Assembly: GCA_951406725.2 (NCBI GenBank)
Contig: OX597838.1
Coordinates: forward strand, 12,028,001-12,092,000
Direction of reading: 5' to 3'
Length of the DNA stretch: 64,000 bases
Source of the DNA: Octopus vulgaris
Taxonomy: Eukaryota
Shown here: one piece after another, positions 13,680-28,454 of the stretch
Position numbering within the stretch: the stretch's first letter is position 1
Layout: the number at the start of each line of letters is the position of its first letter
Notes under the pieces: model-generated
Databases searched by the model: none
The model's input: only the letters and a program-made list of their open reading frames with translations
Told to the model about the DNA's origin: nothing
Translations under genes and position numbers: made by a program

Positions 13680-14370
13680 AGCTTCGGGTCCTCCTGCGCT
13701 GCATAGCACATTGGGCAGCAAGCTTTCTCCATCAGGTTTTGTCAGTTGCTATTCTTGCATATCTATTCCACGTAATGTTGACTGTTTTCAAGTCATCTTG
13801 AAATGTCCGCTGCCAAGTGATCTTCGGGTTACCGCCTTTAACGCCTGCCATCAGTTGGCACTCTAATCATAGCTCTTTTCAAATGGCGTTAATCAGTTGG
13901 ACGAAGAACGTGACCAAACGGGTGGAATTAGCGCTCCACCACAGTCTCCTACAGTGATTGTTCAATCCTCCAGCACTGCTAAGCACATTGGGCGGCACGC
14001 TTCCTCCAGTGGGCGGCAAGTTTCCATCATCCATTCTACAATAAGGTTGTATATCTTCAGGCCATCTTGAAATACCTGTCAACAATTGATATTCGGCCTG
14101 CTCCTCTTATACCTGCTGATGGGTGGTACCCAAGTCATGGGTATTTTCGAGTGTCCTTAATCAACGAGATGCAGAATATGGCCAGCCTGAGAGAACTGGC
14201 ATTCTGTTACAGTCTCTTACAGAGGTCATGACCTTTCTCTTCTCAGAATCTTCTTGTTTCTGACATAGTCTCAACAGTTGACCTTCTGGATCTTTCTGAA
14301 GCACCTCTGATGAAGTGTATTTAGTTTTCTATCCACCCCTTCTGTGCTCTTGCATAGATTGCAGTAAGCA
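13680..14370 (-). mobile_element. Decayed RTE/RTE-X-like LINE 3' fragment
   Basis: Broken translation RKLNTLHQRCFRKI..DYVRNKKILRR..AGHIL and NPKITWQRTFQDDLK..WRKLAAQC. Confidence 0.65.
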
Positions 14371-14737
14371 GAACAATGCAATTATATCAAAGCCCGCCTA
14401 TAACAAACCTTAAATAATTTTACCAATCAAATATAGCGTACCAGAGTGCGGCACAGTATTTTGATAGTCTTTGATCATCGTAAGTGTACTCGATCAGGTC
14501 TGGCCTTGGGCTAAACAACAACTAGAACGTTCATAACATCCCCTCGTTAACCGCCGGCAATGATTCACTAATTTCATCTCTTAGCAATGTCTGCCTTCCA
14601 GACGAACATGTCGCACCGCCTATTGGCCATATCGTGACTCGATGACACGACGGGGTTACATAGATGTCATGTATTGAAAATATGTTTGCGCATGTATGAG
14701 CGTATGCGTGGGTACAAACACAAATACATACATATAG

Positions 14738-14800
<63 letters not shown>

Positions 14801-14914
14801 TATAGATACATACATAGATACATGTGTGTATGCACGTATGTAGATATATATATTAATATGTAACTATTTAGATATCAATATATAAATATATAAATATACT
14901 CACGCATATATATG

Positions 14915-14994
<80 letters not shown>

Positions 14995-15606
14995 AAAGAC
15001 GCAACTAAAGCTGCTATTCGAGAGGAGAACATTACTGCAATCATATTCACCTGAAATATGCACTATAAGGTAGAAAACCTGAAATAGTGGAAACGTAGTA
15101 ATAGGGACCTACTATATTATATATAATACATATATTATCTCTGCACTGTGTATTGAGCACACAATCCCGCATAGACGAATCTATTTAGAAATGAATATAA
15201 TATTTATACGTGTACGTATATGCATGTATTAACACATATATACAGACACATACACACACATACACACACACACACATGATATATATGTATGCTATATATT
15301 TATTTACGTATGTATATTGCATTTTAGTATTTTGTTTCGAGATTGTTGATCTGAAATCGTGTGATGAAACAGATTTTTATGACCCCCACCAAAATATAAC
15401 AATGGGTGTGTGTGTATGTGTGTGTATACATTAAAAAATGCATATATATGTTTGTGTCCGTTTATATATGTGATGTGTGTGTGTGTGTATATAATATATG
15501 TGTATAAATAAATATATATATGTATGTATATATATACAAATATATACACACATATATTTGTTTCCATAAATAAATATATATATATACATATAAATAAGAT
15601 AAGATA

Positions 15607-15652
<46 letters not shown>

Positions 15653-16156
15653 ATGCATATATGTACGTATATATGTATAGGGAAGTGTTTATGCATACGT
15701 ATATAAGTATGTGATATATATGTGTGTCTATGTGTGCACGCTCACACACATAAGAGTACATATACCGATATACAAATATACAAATATGTACATATATATT
15801 TATGTATTTATGCTCAAGTTTGCATATGTCTGTTTATATAAATCTATATCGATCTGGGTGGCTTTCTATCTGTCTGTTCCTCCCTATCTCTCTTCTACCC
15901 ATTCTCTTTCTTCCGCCCACTCTCTTTCTTTCTTTCATTCTTTCTTTCTTTCTCTCTCTCTCTCCCCCTCTCTCTTCTCTCTCTCTCTCTATATATATAT
16001 ATACATAACGGGTAGCAGTTATACTTAATATTTAGAAGAGTTTTCAAAATAAACAAAAATTCCATTCTCATATAAATGACAATGACACCTAGATGTAAAC
16101 TTACACACGTCTCATGCGTTTCTGTGTATGCACATATATATAATTACACACAAAGA

Positions 16157-16214
<58 letters not shown>

Positions 16215-16509
16215 TAGATACAGATGCATATAAATGCCTTGCATAGACATACATAGACATACACGTTTATATATTTATATATATATATACATAGATACGT
16301 ACATATATATATATATATGTATACACACACGCACAGATATAGTAATAGATAGATGTACACACACGCACATACGCTCGCACATACTCACACACACACTTAT
16401 ACATACACTCACGCACATACACACATATATATGTATTCGTATATACATACGTACACACTTATAAAATAATCAACTTTATGGTTTTGCTTCCGTCTTACCT
16501 GATATTGTT

Positions 16510-16510
16510 C

Positions 16511-16606
<96 letters not shown>

Positions 16607-17845
16607 CGCTACTGCTGCTGCTGCTGCTACTAATGTCGTCTGTCAGTTCCTGCTGACCGTCGTCTCTTTCATCTTTAAGCTTTTTGTCGCAGTTTCTCAA
16701 GAGTCTTTTCATCTTTATTTAATACACAACAACAAAAAAACAACCACAACCACCGCCACAACAACAACAACAACAACATAACGAAATCTTTTTTGGAAAC
16801 TTTGTCACTATCACCGCCATCACACCACTATCATCAACACTATCGCCAGCACCAGCACCGCCACCGCCACCACCACCACCACCACCACGGCCGCCACGAC
16901 TGCCACCACGACCGCCACCACGACCGCCACCACGACCCCCACCACGACCCCCACCACGACCCCCACCACGACCACTAACAAGCGCCACCAGCACCACCGC
17001 CATCACCACCGCCACGGCCGCCACGACCGCCACCACGACCGCCACCACGACCCCCACCACGACCACGACCACTAACAAGCGCCACCAGCACCACCGCCAT
17101 CACCACGATCGCCATCTCCACCGTCACCATCACCACCATCACCATATCCACCACCACCACCACCAGCATCCGCGCCACCACCATCACCAACACTACCACA
17201 CCACTCCCGCCGCCTCGACGCCCCGACTACCAATGCAAATCGCTGCAAGCACTACTATCACCACCAACACCACCACTACCACCACTTCCATTTGTGACAG
17301 CACCGCTACTGCCATCACCGCTACCACTTCCGCTACTACCAATACTATCACCCATACTACTGTTAAACGGTCAGCATGGTCCTTTCGCCAACAGTTCTAC
17401 TATCACCGCAACATCTGTCACTACCAGCTCTAAAACTACTACCGATTCTATCACCCTTCGCTACTACTTCTAACCTTATTAACATCACCACCATCCATCA
17501 CTACTACCAACACAACCGTCACCACGACCACCACCACGACCACCACCACCACCACCCACCGCCGCCACCACCACCACCACCACCACCGCCGCCACCACCA
17601 CCACCACCACCACCACCACTCCTAGTATCACTAGCATTACCGCGTCCATCTTCAACACCACCGTCACCACCAATGCCACCTTGACCGATAAACATAACAA
17701 ACAATATAGAACATCATCATGATCATCATTATCATAATCATCGTCATTGTCATCGTCGTCGTCATCGGCGTCATCGTCGTCGTCATCGGCGTCATCGTCG
17801 TCGTCGTCGTCATCATCATCATTATCATCATCGTCATTATTATCC
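16510..17845. repeat. GC-rich triplet low-complexity domain with a 12-bp minisatellite and a duplicated block
   Basis: (CTA)n, (CAC)n and (CAT/CGT)n tracts. ccgccaccacga units occur, and accactaacaagcgccaccagcaccaccgccatcaccac appears twice. Confidence 0.85.
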
Positions 17846-18076
17846 AACGATTAAATCAAGAAACAACACCCCTTCACCTCCACATAACTTATAAAAATGT
17901 CAAATAAAATAAACAAAAACCCCAACAACGGTTTCCTGGCAACTCTTGATATCCAACATAAATCATGGAAATGACACTAAAACATTACTTGGAGTAAAAC
18001 AGATAACAGCATCAACAAAGACAGCAAGACCATTGGTCATCTGACACGCCATGTGATATCAACAGTCTGAAATAAT

Positions 18077-18349
18077 GAGGGCATGCTGTGACACCGATTA
18101 AATGTTTATCGAACACTTTCATCTCAATCGAAGGAGAGGAGCTTTCTCCGTCCGGGTTGCGGATCCGTGGAACAAGCTGCCAGACGAGATAGTGAAGATG
18201 CCGACGACCGCTTTGTTCAAAGTCTCCCTTGACCTCAAGTGGCCTGAACTCTTTACATGAACACCACCCTGTACTTTAACTCCATGTCCCCCTACATGGC
18301 CTTGCTTTTTGCTTTTGAGCCAAAATTAACTAACTAACTAACTAACTAA
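18077..18349 (+). mobile_element. CR1-like LINE 3' end with (TAAC)n tail
   Basis: HLNRRRGAFSVRVADPWNKLPDEIVKMPTTALFKVSLD resembles the CR1 ORF2 C-terminal FSxRVxxxWNxLP motif. It is followed by a short UTR and a tandem tail. Confidence 0.8.
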
Positions 18350-19171
18350 ACACCGCCGAAACAAAATGAAAAGCATGGCTTTTCAAGCTAGCACAGGATT
18401 CAATCCCACTCTTTCAACACATCTCTCCGCCCCTGCTGAAAGGTAATAGAGAAATCTAAACTATCAAAAGGTTCAGGGTTAGACAAAGATCACAAACATA
18501 CACCTAAAACAGGCAGGGCCTGGTGAAGTTACGGCGCTCACATTCACAATTTCTCGTCTTAATATTGTTAAATATTCACTAAAACCAGGAAGCTAAATAG
18601 AATTGTAACAAATTTTAACCAGTCCTGACACAAACACACACACAAAAAAAATGTCAGGTGCAGTAATATAATAGGGACCCGTTACCCTTCTAGGCTTATA
18701 TTCAGTTTCCACCTAGCCCTTCTTTTCATAAGACACTAAGAAGTTTGTAAGAAGTTTGTCTCTCCTTGTCATCAGAAGAGCATTCATTCCAAACGTAAAA
18801 CACTTTTCATTCTTATTTCTTCTACTTTCCTCAACATAAACCTAATATAATTTATTTGATTGGTTTTTTCTTTACCTCGTCTTTGTGTTACATATTTTTG
18901 TGCCACCCACCACACACACACACACGAACGCACGCACACACATGCATACACACATACACACACACACAAACAAACATGTCATAATAAAAAATTACATTAA
19001 ACTGAAGGATTGATTACTCACAACGTTAGTAAGAGTACTAACTTATTATTCTTTAGCAAGAGTACAATGGATAATGGCCTCGAGGTTTTGGCCAGCTAAG
19101 CCGCCATCATACATACATACACGAACGTACACGCACACTCACAAACATCCCATATATATGAATATGTTTAC

Positions 19172-19745
<574 letters not shown>

Positions 19746-20534
19746 CTATTTAGCAATCTATATATGTATATATCGTACGACAGACAAAAAACAAGGTGTA
19801 TTAAGTATGACGCTCAAGAAAACACACGCACACAGACACACGTACATACACATACACACATATACACACACATACACATACATACACGCACGCATGCATA
19901 CACATACACACACTTACACACATACATACGCATGTACACGCACACACACACGCACACAACCTACATACCTAATTAACGTACGGCTATAAATTAAACTCGG
20001 AGCAAATGTTGGTGAAAACGTGACGGAAAGTCATTTAATATTTCGACAAATTAAATGTCTTCGCGACGACAGTGACAAGAAGAACAACGGCAACGACAGT
20101 AATAATAACATCAAGAATAACGACAGTAAGGGACAACAATAATGACCACAATAGCAATAACAACAATATCAGTCTTAACAATAGACAGAAACTTGTGAGT
20201 ATTTGTACGTGTGCGCGGCGTGTGTCCGAGTATGTGAATGCGCATGCGTATCTGTTTGAGTCTTCATGTGATTGTAAGAATGCGTGTTTTTCAATCATTT
20301 GTTTGACGTCATACATCAATTATTACTATTTGTATTATCATTATCGTAATTATTATTATTATCATCATTACTTTTATAATACGTATGGCTACTATTATTG
20401 CTGTCATTATCATCATCATCATTATTTTCGTAATTACTTCCATCCCAATATTTCACATTATTGCTACTAGCAAGTCAACCCATTTACGATGGAGGCATAA
20501 AATGAGGGTGGGAGGTCATAACAGCAGTATGTAT

Positions 20535-20953
20535 GGCGGCGAGCTGGCAGAATCGTTGGCACGCCGGGCGAAATGTGTAGCCGTATTTCGTCTGCCGTTA
20601 CGTTCTGAGTTCAAATTCCGCCGAGGTCGACTTTGCCTTTCATCCTTTCTGGGTTCGATAAATTAAGTACCAGTTACGCACTGGGGGTCGATGTAATTGA
20701 CTTAATCCGTTTGTCTGTCCTTGTTTGTTCCCTCTGTGTTTAGCCCCTTGTGGGCAATAAAGAAATAGGTATTTTGTCTGTCTTTACGTTCTGAGTTCAA
20801 ATTCCGCCGAGGTCGACTTTGCCTTTCATCCTTTCTGGGTTCGATAAATTAAGTATCAGTTACGCACTGGGGTCGATGTAATCGGCTTAATCCGTTTGTC
20901 TGTCCTTGTTTGTTCCCTCTATGTTTAACCCCTTGTGGGTAATAAAGAAATAA
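20535..20953 (+). mobile_element. SINE family A partial tandem dimer
   Basis: A full copy is followed by a second copy lacking the 5' ~45 bp, joined at ggtattt. Flanking agtatgtat occurs at 20526-20534 and 20953-20961. Confidence 0.85.
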
Positions 20954-21300
20954 GTATGTATTGAGAAATGTGTAAATGGACTTGATAGATAACTGGGTGA
21001 TGTCTTAGAGAAATCACATCATTGTTGGTGATACAGCATTCTGTTGCAGCTGTATGACGGATTTGCGACTGACATGTGACGACGATTCACTTCTCAACTG
21101 AAATTGGCTCCCAGCCTCTGTATCATGAATGTTTATGTGGACCACTCCTAACAAAAGGCACAGCTTCTTTCGACCATTACATTAAGAAAAAAATGTAATT
21201 TAGATATACTTTTATTTTAGTTGTTTACACTATCTTACGCTTGTTTATTAAATAATGACTCATATTCCTTTCGATAGTATCAATATAACAAAATTTCTTT

Positions 21301-21752
21301 GTAGACGATATTTTCTGTTTGGTCGACACTAATCTTCAAATTGCTGGAGTTCGTTGTTCTACTCATAACGACGTATAACTGGACGTGTATAAACATCGGT
21401 GTGAGTAAAAATACACCTTTATCAATATTGACAACGCAGCAAATGACCTGAGCTCAAATGCTGGCATTTCATTGGTTAAAATTCGAAGAATTAAACTACG
21501 TTAAACTTACAAATTACAATTTTGTTTTCAATTTTGTTTACAATAATGTTTTCTTTTGACACATTCTACCAGTATACGAAGTTTCAAATTGTTTAGTTAA
21601 CTAGAAAATTCCGTCCATCAAAAGGAAAAGATCCGTAGACGATATTTTCTGTTTGGTCGACACTAATTTTCAAATTGCTGGAGTCCGTTGCTCTACTCAT
21701 AACGACGTATAACTGGACGTGTATAAACATCGGTGTGAATAAAAATACACCT
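21301..21752 (+). repeat. 118-bp direct repeat pair
   Basis: 21301-21418 and 21635-21752 differ at only a few positions. Confidence 0.9.
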
Positions 21753-22164
21753 ACACGATCTAAAGTCTAACCCTGTGCCTTGTTTGTTGCCAATGTGCGG
21801 GCGTAATCTTTAGGAACCTGCCCATCTACGATGGGAAATAAAGGGATAGTATGGCATATCTAAAGCCCCTAAATTCATGAACTATACGAAGATTGGGGAT
21901 AGATCCAGAGTTAATCCTTGTCGTTGGAATTTTAGCAAAAAAATAAAAAATGAAAGGGGATTTATTAACACAAAACTCACTCTCCTCTAAATAATCATAC
22001 TTTTTCACATTTTTCCTGATTCCCTCCTTCGTAATTCCGAAAAACATCGTGACCATTGGTCCAGATGTTTGACCATGAAGAGGGCGCAGACAGACAGATG
22101 GACATAACGCCCATTATAGAAATATTATCATACAGGACAGCAAAGTGATAGAATTATTATTGTG

Positions 22165-22310
22165 CTGGACATCCGTCTTTACGTTCTGACTTCAAATTCC
22201 ACCGAGGGTACCTTTGATTTTCATCCTTTCGGGGTTGATGAAATATAAGTCAATTGAGGCCTGAGATCGATGTGATAGACTTACACCCTCCCCAGAAATT
22301 GCTGGTTAAT
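22165..22310 (+). mobile_element. Older SINE family A-prime fragment
   Basis: Diverged B box and tttcatcctttcgggg domain with an alternative tail. Confidence 0.6.
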
Positions 22311-22552
22311 GATTATTACTAATAGACAATATTACTCTAGATAGACAATATTACTCTAGACGATATTACCGTCCGGCGAAGCAAACACGCAATTACCCAT
22401 CGGTAGAATTAGCAGAGTGACTGACAACTAATACTAGTCGCACATGTTAAGTACCGATCGATGTGGTTAGCTGTAAACTGGAACTTAACTCGGAGCCACT
22501 TCGGTATCCGCCCGGATAATATATCCTTCAAACACACACACACACACACAAA

Positions 22553-22606
<54 letters not shown>

Positions 22607-22608
<2 letters not shown>

Positions 22609-22843
22609 TATGTTTGACTTTTGCTTTATATTTGTACAAGTTGACTCCAAGTCTCACCCAGAGACCTCAAGAGACAACAGGTTGGAAGTTCACGTTGTTG
22701 TTATGCCTAGTGTGCCATATATTTGGTTTGTATTTAGTGTTGTACTAGTGAATGTCTAAAAAAAAAAAAACATACGAAAATTATGTTTGTTTTAAAACTT
22801 GAGATTACATAGAAAGTACTTTGCGTAGGATATGAGCAGTTCC

Positions 22844-22846
<3 letters not shown>
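22607..22846 (-). mobile_element. 5'-truncated R4/Dong-like 3' end inserted in (TAA)n
   Basis: C-terminus GTAHILRKVLSM* and a 3' UTR containing gaggtctctgggtgagacttgg, with TAA arrays on both sides. Confidence 0.75.
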
Positions 22847-22903
<57 letters not shown>

Positions 22904-23296
22904 AAAAAAACGCATAGATGTATGCATATGTGTGTGTCTTTGGGGTAATGAATGAATAGACGGAAGAGTGCAAAGGTAAAACAACAGCAACAACAACAAT
23001 ATTATGGGGGACGAAAAAAAGATACAATAGCAACACAGGAAGGAATTGGAAACTCTGAACAGATTATCGTCATTTTGTCTTAATAAAAGATCATCGATTG
23101 TTCTAGAGAATGTGACAGGAAATTTGAAATAAAATATTTCAATAATTTTTTCCTATTCTTTAAAACCAACGACAAAGTAAGTAATAGATATATAGACAAA
23201 AGAAGTGGATATTGAATGGATAACAATAATCTTTTGTAAGATGAGAGTATGGATATGGATATATATGTATGCCTACGTGTGTATGATGTATGTATG

Positions 23297-23410
<114 letters not shown>

Positions 23411-23418
23411 CATATATA

Positions 23419-23646
23419 CGGCGAGTTGGCAGAGACGTTAGCACGCCGGGCGAAATGCGTAGCCGTATTTAGTCTGCCGTTACGTTCTGAGTTCAAATTC
23501 CGCCGAGGTCGACTTTGCCTTTCATCCTTTCGGGGTCGATAAATTAAGTACCAGTTACGCACTGGGATCGATGTAATCGACTTAATCCGTTTGTCTGTCC
23601 TTGTTTGTCCCCTCTGTGTTTAGCCCCTTGTGGGTAGTAAAGAAAT
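23419..23646 (+). mobile_element. SINE family A
   Basis: Sequence match, inserted in a TA-rich microsatellite. Confidence 0.9.
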
Positions 23647-24480
23647 ATATATATATATATGTATATATATGTATTGATAGATGGAGGTGTTCACACGCAA
23701 GTATGTATGTGTGTATGTACTACATACGCATGTATATATGTGCTACATATACATGCATTATATATATGTGTGTGTGTGTGTGTGAGTGTATATGTGTATG
23801 TGTATGCGTGCATATATGTGCATTTATTAACGTTGACAATACGTATGCATTTGTGAGCATGTCACACAAAAGAGTGCGTGTGTGTATTTGTATGCATGAA
23901 TAACTGTGTGTGTGTGTATGTGTGTGTGTGTGAGTGTGTGTGTGTGTGAGTGTGTGTGTGTATGTGCAAGTGCCCACATAGTAGCAGAAATGGGTCTGTG
24001 GTTAAGAAGTTCAATTTGCGACCGCGAAGATTTGAGTTCGATCCTACTGCGCAACCCGTTGATGTAGTGTTCTCTACTATAAGCTCACTTTGGCCAATGA
24101 TGAATGGAAACTGTACAAAATCCATCACATGGCTTGGTGTGTGAATGTATTTTCTATGTTCGCACGTACTACTTGTTTCAGTCATAAGACAGCGGCCATC
24201 TTGGGGTACGGCCTTGAAGGGTTTTACTCACGAAAATCGACCTCAGCGTTTTTTTTCCAGCCTGTTATTTATGCTACCGGCTTCCTTGGGCAAAACACTT
24301 TATTACTCTCTGCTCCAGTCCACTCAGCTGTGAAAACTGAGTTGTATCTGAATTTCAAATATTCAAACATTCTGTGTGTTGCGGGCCCAATCCTGATTTA
24401 TGTATGTAGTGGTTTGCTGTCAATAAATTAATATTATAGGGGCCATGTACATCGATTTGTCCAGGGACCTATAATGCTGC

Positions 24481-24538
<58 letters not shown>

Positions 24539-24608
24539 CTGCTTGTTGTTTATACACCTGTCTTCGTCTTTTGTTATTTCTGCGATCTTCAACTATACAC
24601 ACACACAC

Positions 24609-24792
<184 letters not shown>

Positions 24793-24799
24793 CTATATA

Positions 24800-25492
24800 T
24801 ATAACTGTATAATATATATCGTAATGATATTTATTTTCCGACTTGAAGCGACAATTTTTAAATATAAACAAATGAGTGAAAAATGATGAGCTAACCTCAG
24901 GCAGAATCAAACTTACAAATCGACGCTTTCGTGGCTCCTTGCGAATCTGATTGGCCATAGTAGCTTTCTCTCCATAACTCGCAAAGCCTTTCGGGTTTGT
25001 TATAAAAATATTATTTATGTAGTATGAAGACAGTTTAAGTAAATCAACTAAATTTGACTGAAATTGATGGGTGAGCATTTGGGCAATCAGATTCGCAGGG
25101 AGCTACGAAAGCGTCGATTTGTGACTTCGATTCTGCCTGGTGTTACTTTAATAACTTTGATAAGTTTCGGCCAGTATAGGCCCAGGCCATGTCTAACTTA
25201 ATACACATTTGTTTATATTTAAAAATTGCCGCTTCAAATCGGAGAATAAATATCATTATATCATTATATATTATACAGTTATTATACTATGAGCCTTCCA
25301 TAGTAGCTTTCTCTCCGTAACTTGCAAAACCTTTCGGGTTTGTTTATAAAACTGTCCGACGAACGGGAACGTGAATCTCAGAGTAACAGGTTTTGTTGAA
25401 TTTTCTGCTGCTTTTAAATATAGCATATTACTCTACCACTGGTATTTGAGTACTCTTTTTTCCACCTTGTTTCACATTTATGTGTTTACTCC

Positions 25493-25495
<3 letters not shown>
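24800..25495 (+). mobile_element. Rearranged PLE-pLTR-like unit with inverted and direct duplications, bounded by (TA)n
   Basis: 24800-24955 is inverted at 25084-25282. ccatagtagctttctctcc..ataaaa is directly repeated at 24955-25007 and 25297-25350. A hammerhead-like motif lies at 25348-25394. Confidence 0.6.
25348..25394 (+). ncRNA. U4C hammerhead-like motif, probably inactivated (GAAT instead of GAAA)
   Basis: ctgt-CCGACGA-ACG-ggaa-CGT-GAAT-ctcagag-TA-acag. Confidence 0.5.
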
Positions 25496-25553
<58 letters not shown>

Positions 25554-25629
25554 TTAAGGGTAAAATTGATATTTATCAATTAAAACCAGTGGTCTAGCAT
25601 ATTAAAAAGAATCCGAAGATTAAAATATT

Positions 25630-25814
25630 TATATATACCAATTAAGGACTGAACACGAAAAGTGACAGTCAACATGCTAGATATAGACGTCAAATCGCCA
25701 TTCTCCACAAAGATTATGTTCTCAAATCGGAGAACATAATCTTTGTGGAGAATGGCGATTTGACGTCTATATCTAGCATGTTGACTGTCTACTTTTCGTG
25801 TTCAGTCCTTAATT

Positions 25815-25824
<10 letters not shown>
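25630..25824. repeat. Near-perfect palindrome, ~94-bp arms, 6-nt loop
   Basis: 25630-25723 against 25730-25824 shows a single 1-nt indel. Confidence 0.95.
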
Positions 25825-25885
<61 letters not shown>

Positions 25886-26586
25886 AGCAACACGTATAAG
25901 TTTTAACAAATGCTCTGTTAGTTTAACACGCTTAAAAGGAAAGGAAAGAGTCTTAATGACTCGGACTCTTGTCTTTGTTCAGAAGAAAAATGTAGGAGAC
26001 AAGCAATGTGGAGGGGGAAATAATGAAGAAAGACAAAAATGGAAAGGAAAATGTGAGGTGAGGAAAAGGAATGTATGTAGAAAGACATGGCTCAATAAAC
26101 CATTTCATTTATGTGGACACTACTAATTAGTACAATGCACAAACATGTTAAATCATTTAAAATTTGCACAAGACATGTCTTACTAAATTCTAGATTAATT
26201 ATTCAAATGCATCAAATGACATTATTTGAAATCTAGAAATAAATCTTTCGAAAATGATGGAGTCTGTTTGCGAAAACAAACACAGAATGTTGCATCCCAT
26301 TATTTTCAGCACATTTCTTGTTAAATGAAACAAATAAAATTCCTGTAACAATTTGATCTATTATGATTAAACCCTTATTTCTAACTGTACAATTAATATA
26401 TCTAGTGCTTCTTTATTGCATTGGGGCTAATCACGTTGTTACCAAAATGCATTTGAAATTTCTTCCGCTCCTTTGTAAGTTGAGCCTTTTATTAACTTCA
26501 AATATCTTATGCTAAAACAAAAGGAATTTCAAATTTCCACAAACTAGATAACGATTCCGTACAAAAGATTCGATCTTCAACTGTTT

Positions 26587-26881
26587 GGAGGCTCATGGCC
26601 TAGTGGTTAGAGCAGCGGACTCGCGGTCGAGGGATCGCGGGTTCGAATCTCAGACCGGACGATATGTGTGTTTATGAGCGAAATACCTAAGCTCCACGCG
26701 TCTCCGGCAGAAGGTAATAGCGAACTTCTGCTGACTCTTTCACCACAACGTTCTCTCACTCTTTCCTCCTGCATCTTGCTGCTCACCTGCGATGGACCAG
26801 CGTCCCGTCCAGGTGGGGAACCTATACGCCAAGAAACCGGGAAACCGGCCCTTATGAGCCAGGCATGGCTCGAGAAGGAAC
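26587..26881 (+). mobile_element. tRNA(Arg)-like SINE family D (~295 bp, probably OR2-type)
   Basis: A box tggcctagtgg, B box ggttcgaatct. 14-bp TSD atcttcaactgttt at 26573-26586 and 26882-26895. Confidence 0.9.
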
Positions 26882-27386
26882 ATCTTCAACTGTTTAGTTG
26901 TTACACAAAACTGGAAAAAGATCTTCCTCATAACGATATTCTTTTGCCGTTTCCGATGGATCTCTTAGGTTTGGATTTAAGCCCCTAAAATGCATTATCA
27001 CAAACAGATTATTGCAGAAGACGAATACCGCTTGATAAAATAGAAAGGTTAACAATTCCTTCCTGAGTCGTCTTATAGCAAAAATACCTGATAAAAACAA
27101 AAATCGGATAAATTATTCGCTAAATTACAAAAAGGTGAAGAAACTACAGGATTCCTAGTATATAGCCATTCTAACTCTGTCACTAAAAAGTTACACACCA
27201 GAATAGATCACTCCCCACACTGAAAGACATAAAGTTGCTTGTGATTAAAATATAGCGAATAGCACTAAACCACTTATGCCCACTTTACAATAGTTCACAG
27301 TTAAAGACCATATATTTAGCTTCCATTTTAAGACATCTGTTAGATCCATCGATCTGACTAATATAGATATATACGTAAAAAAGCAA

Positions 27387-27451
<65 letters not shown>

Positions 27452-27476
27452 TAGATAGATAGATATATATATATAT

Positions 27477-27535
<59 letters not shown>

Positions 27536-27638
27536 TACATATATATATATATACATATATATATATATTCATGTAGGTTTACATTCATATAAAGTGTGTG
27601 TGTACAAGTAAAGATGTATGAAAGCATTCTAATGTAAG

Positions 27639-27670
<32 letters not shown>

Positions 27671-27805
27671 TTATAAATGTTGTGTACTATATACTATATA
27701 TATAACATATACTATATATGTGTATATATATCTTTATATATATATATATTATATACTCTCTCTATATATACACGTATATATATATATATACATACACACT
27801 CCAAC

Positions 27806-27846
<41 letters not shown>

Positions 27847-28137
27847 TGACTCGATGTTTTAAAGAATCACAGATTGTGGTAAACGCAGGAAATGCCCTTT
27901 CCTATTATTAGCCGTTCGGATAGAAGATAGGATAAATACTATAACTCGTTCTTGTGTTAGCTTACACGTCCATTTAGGTACACACACACACACACACACA
28001 CATGTATATATATATATATATATTTAGATATATCCATATGTATACATGCATGTATATATCCATATGTATAGATTTATGTATGTCCATATATATATGTATA
28101 TATATATATTTATATATACATATATGCATACATACAT

Positions 28138-28183
<46 letters not shown>

Positions 28184-28419
28184 GTATGTATACACGCATT
28201 TAGATACACATGCATATCTACGTATGTATATATAAATATATTCATAAATATATACATTAATATCTGAAAATAGATATATACACATGTATATCTATAAAAC
28301 ACATCCAAAAATATAATGTACATGTTTACGTATATATTTATGTGTATATGTATATCTATATAAATATACACATGCACATATGCACACACTCACACACATA
28401 TAAGCATATAGATTTTTTT

Positions 28420-28454
<35 letters not shown>

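Noticed and set aside
26587-26660. tRNA-Arg(TCG)-like sequence
   Set aside because: It is the head of a TSD-flanked SINE and the acceptor stem is not intact.
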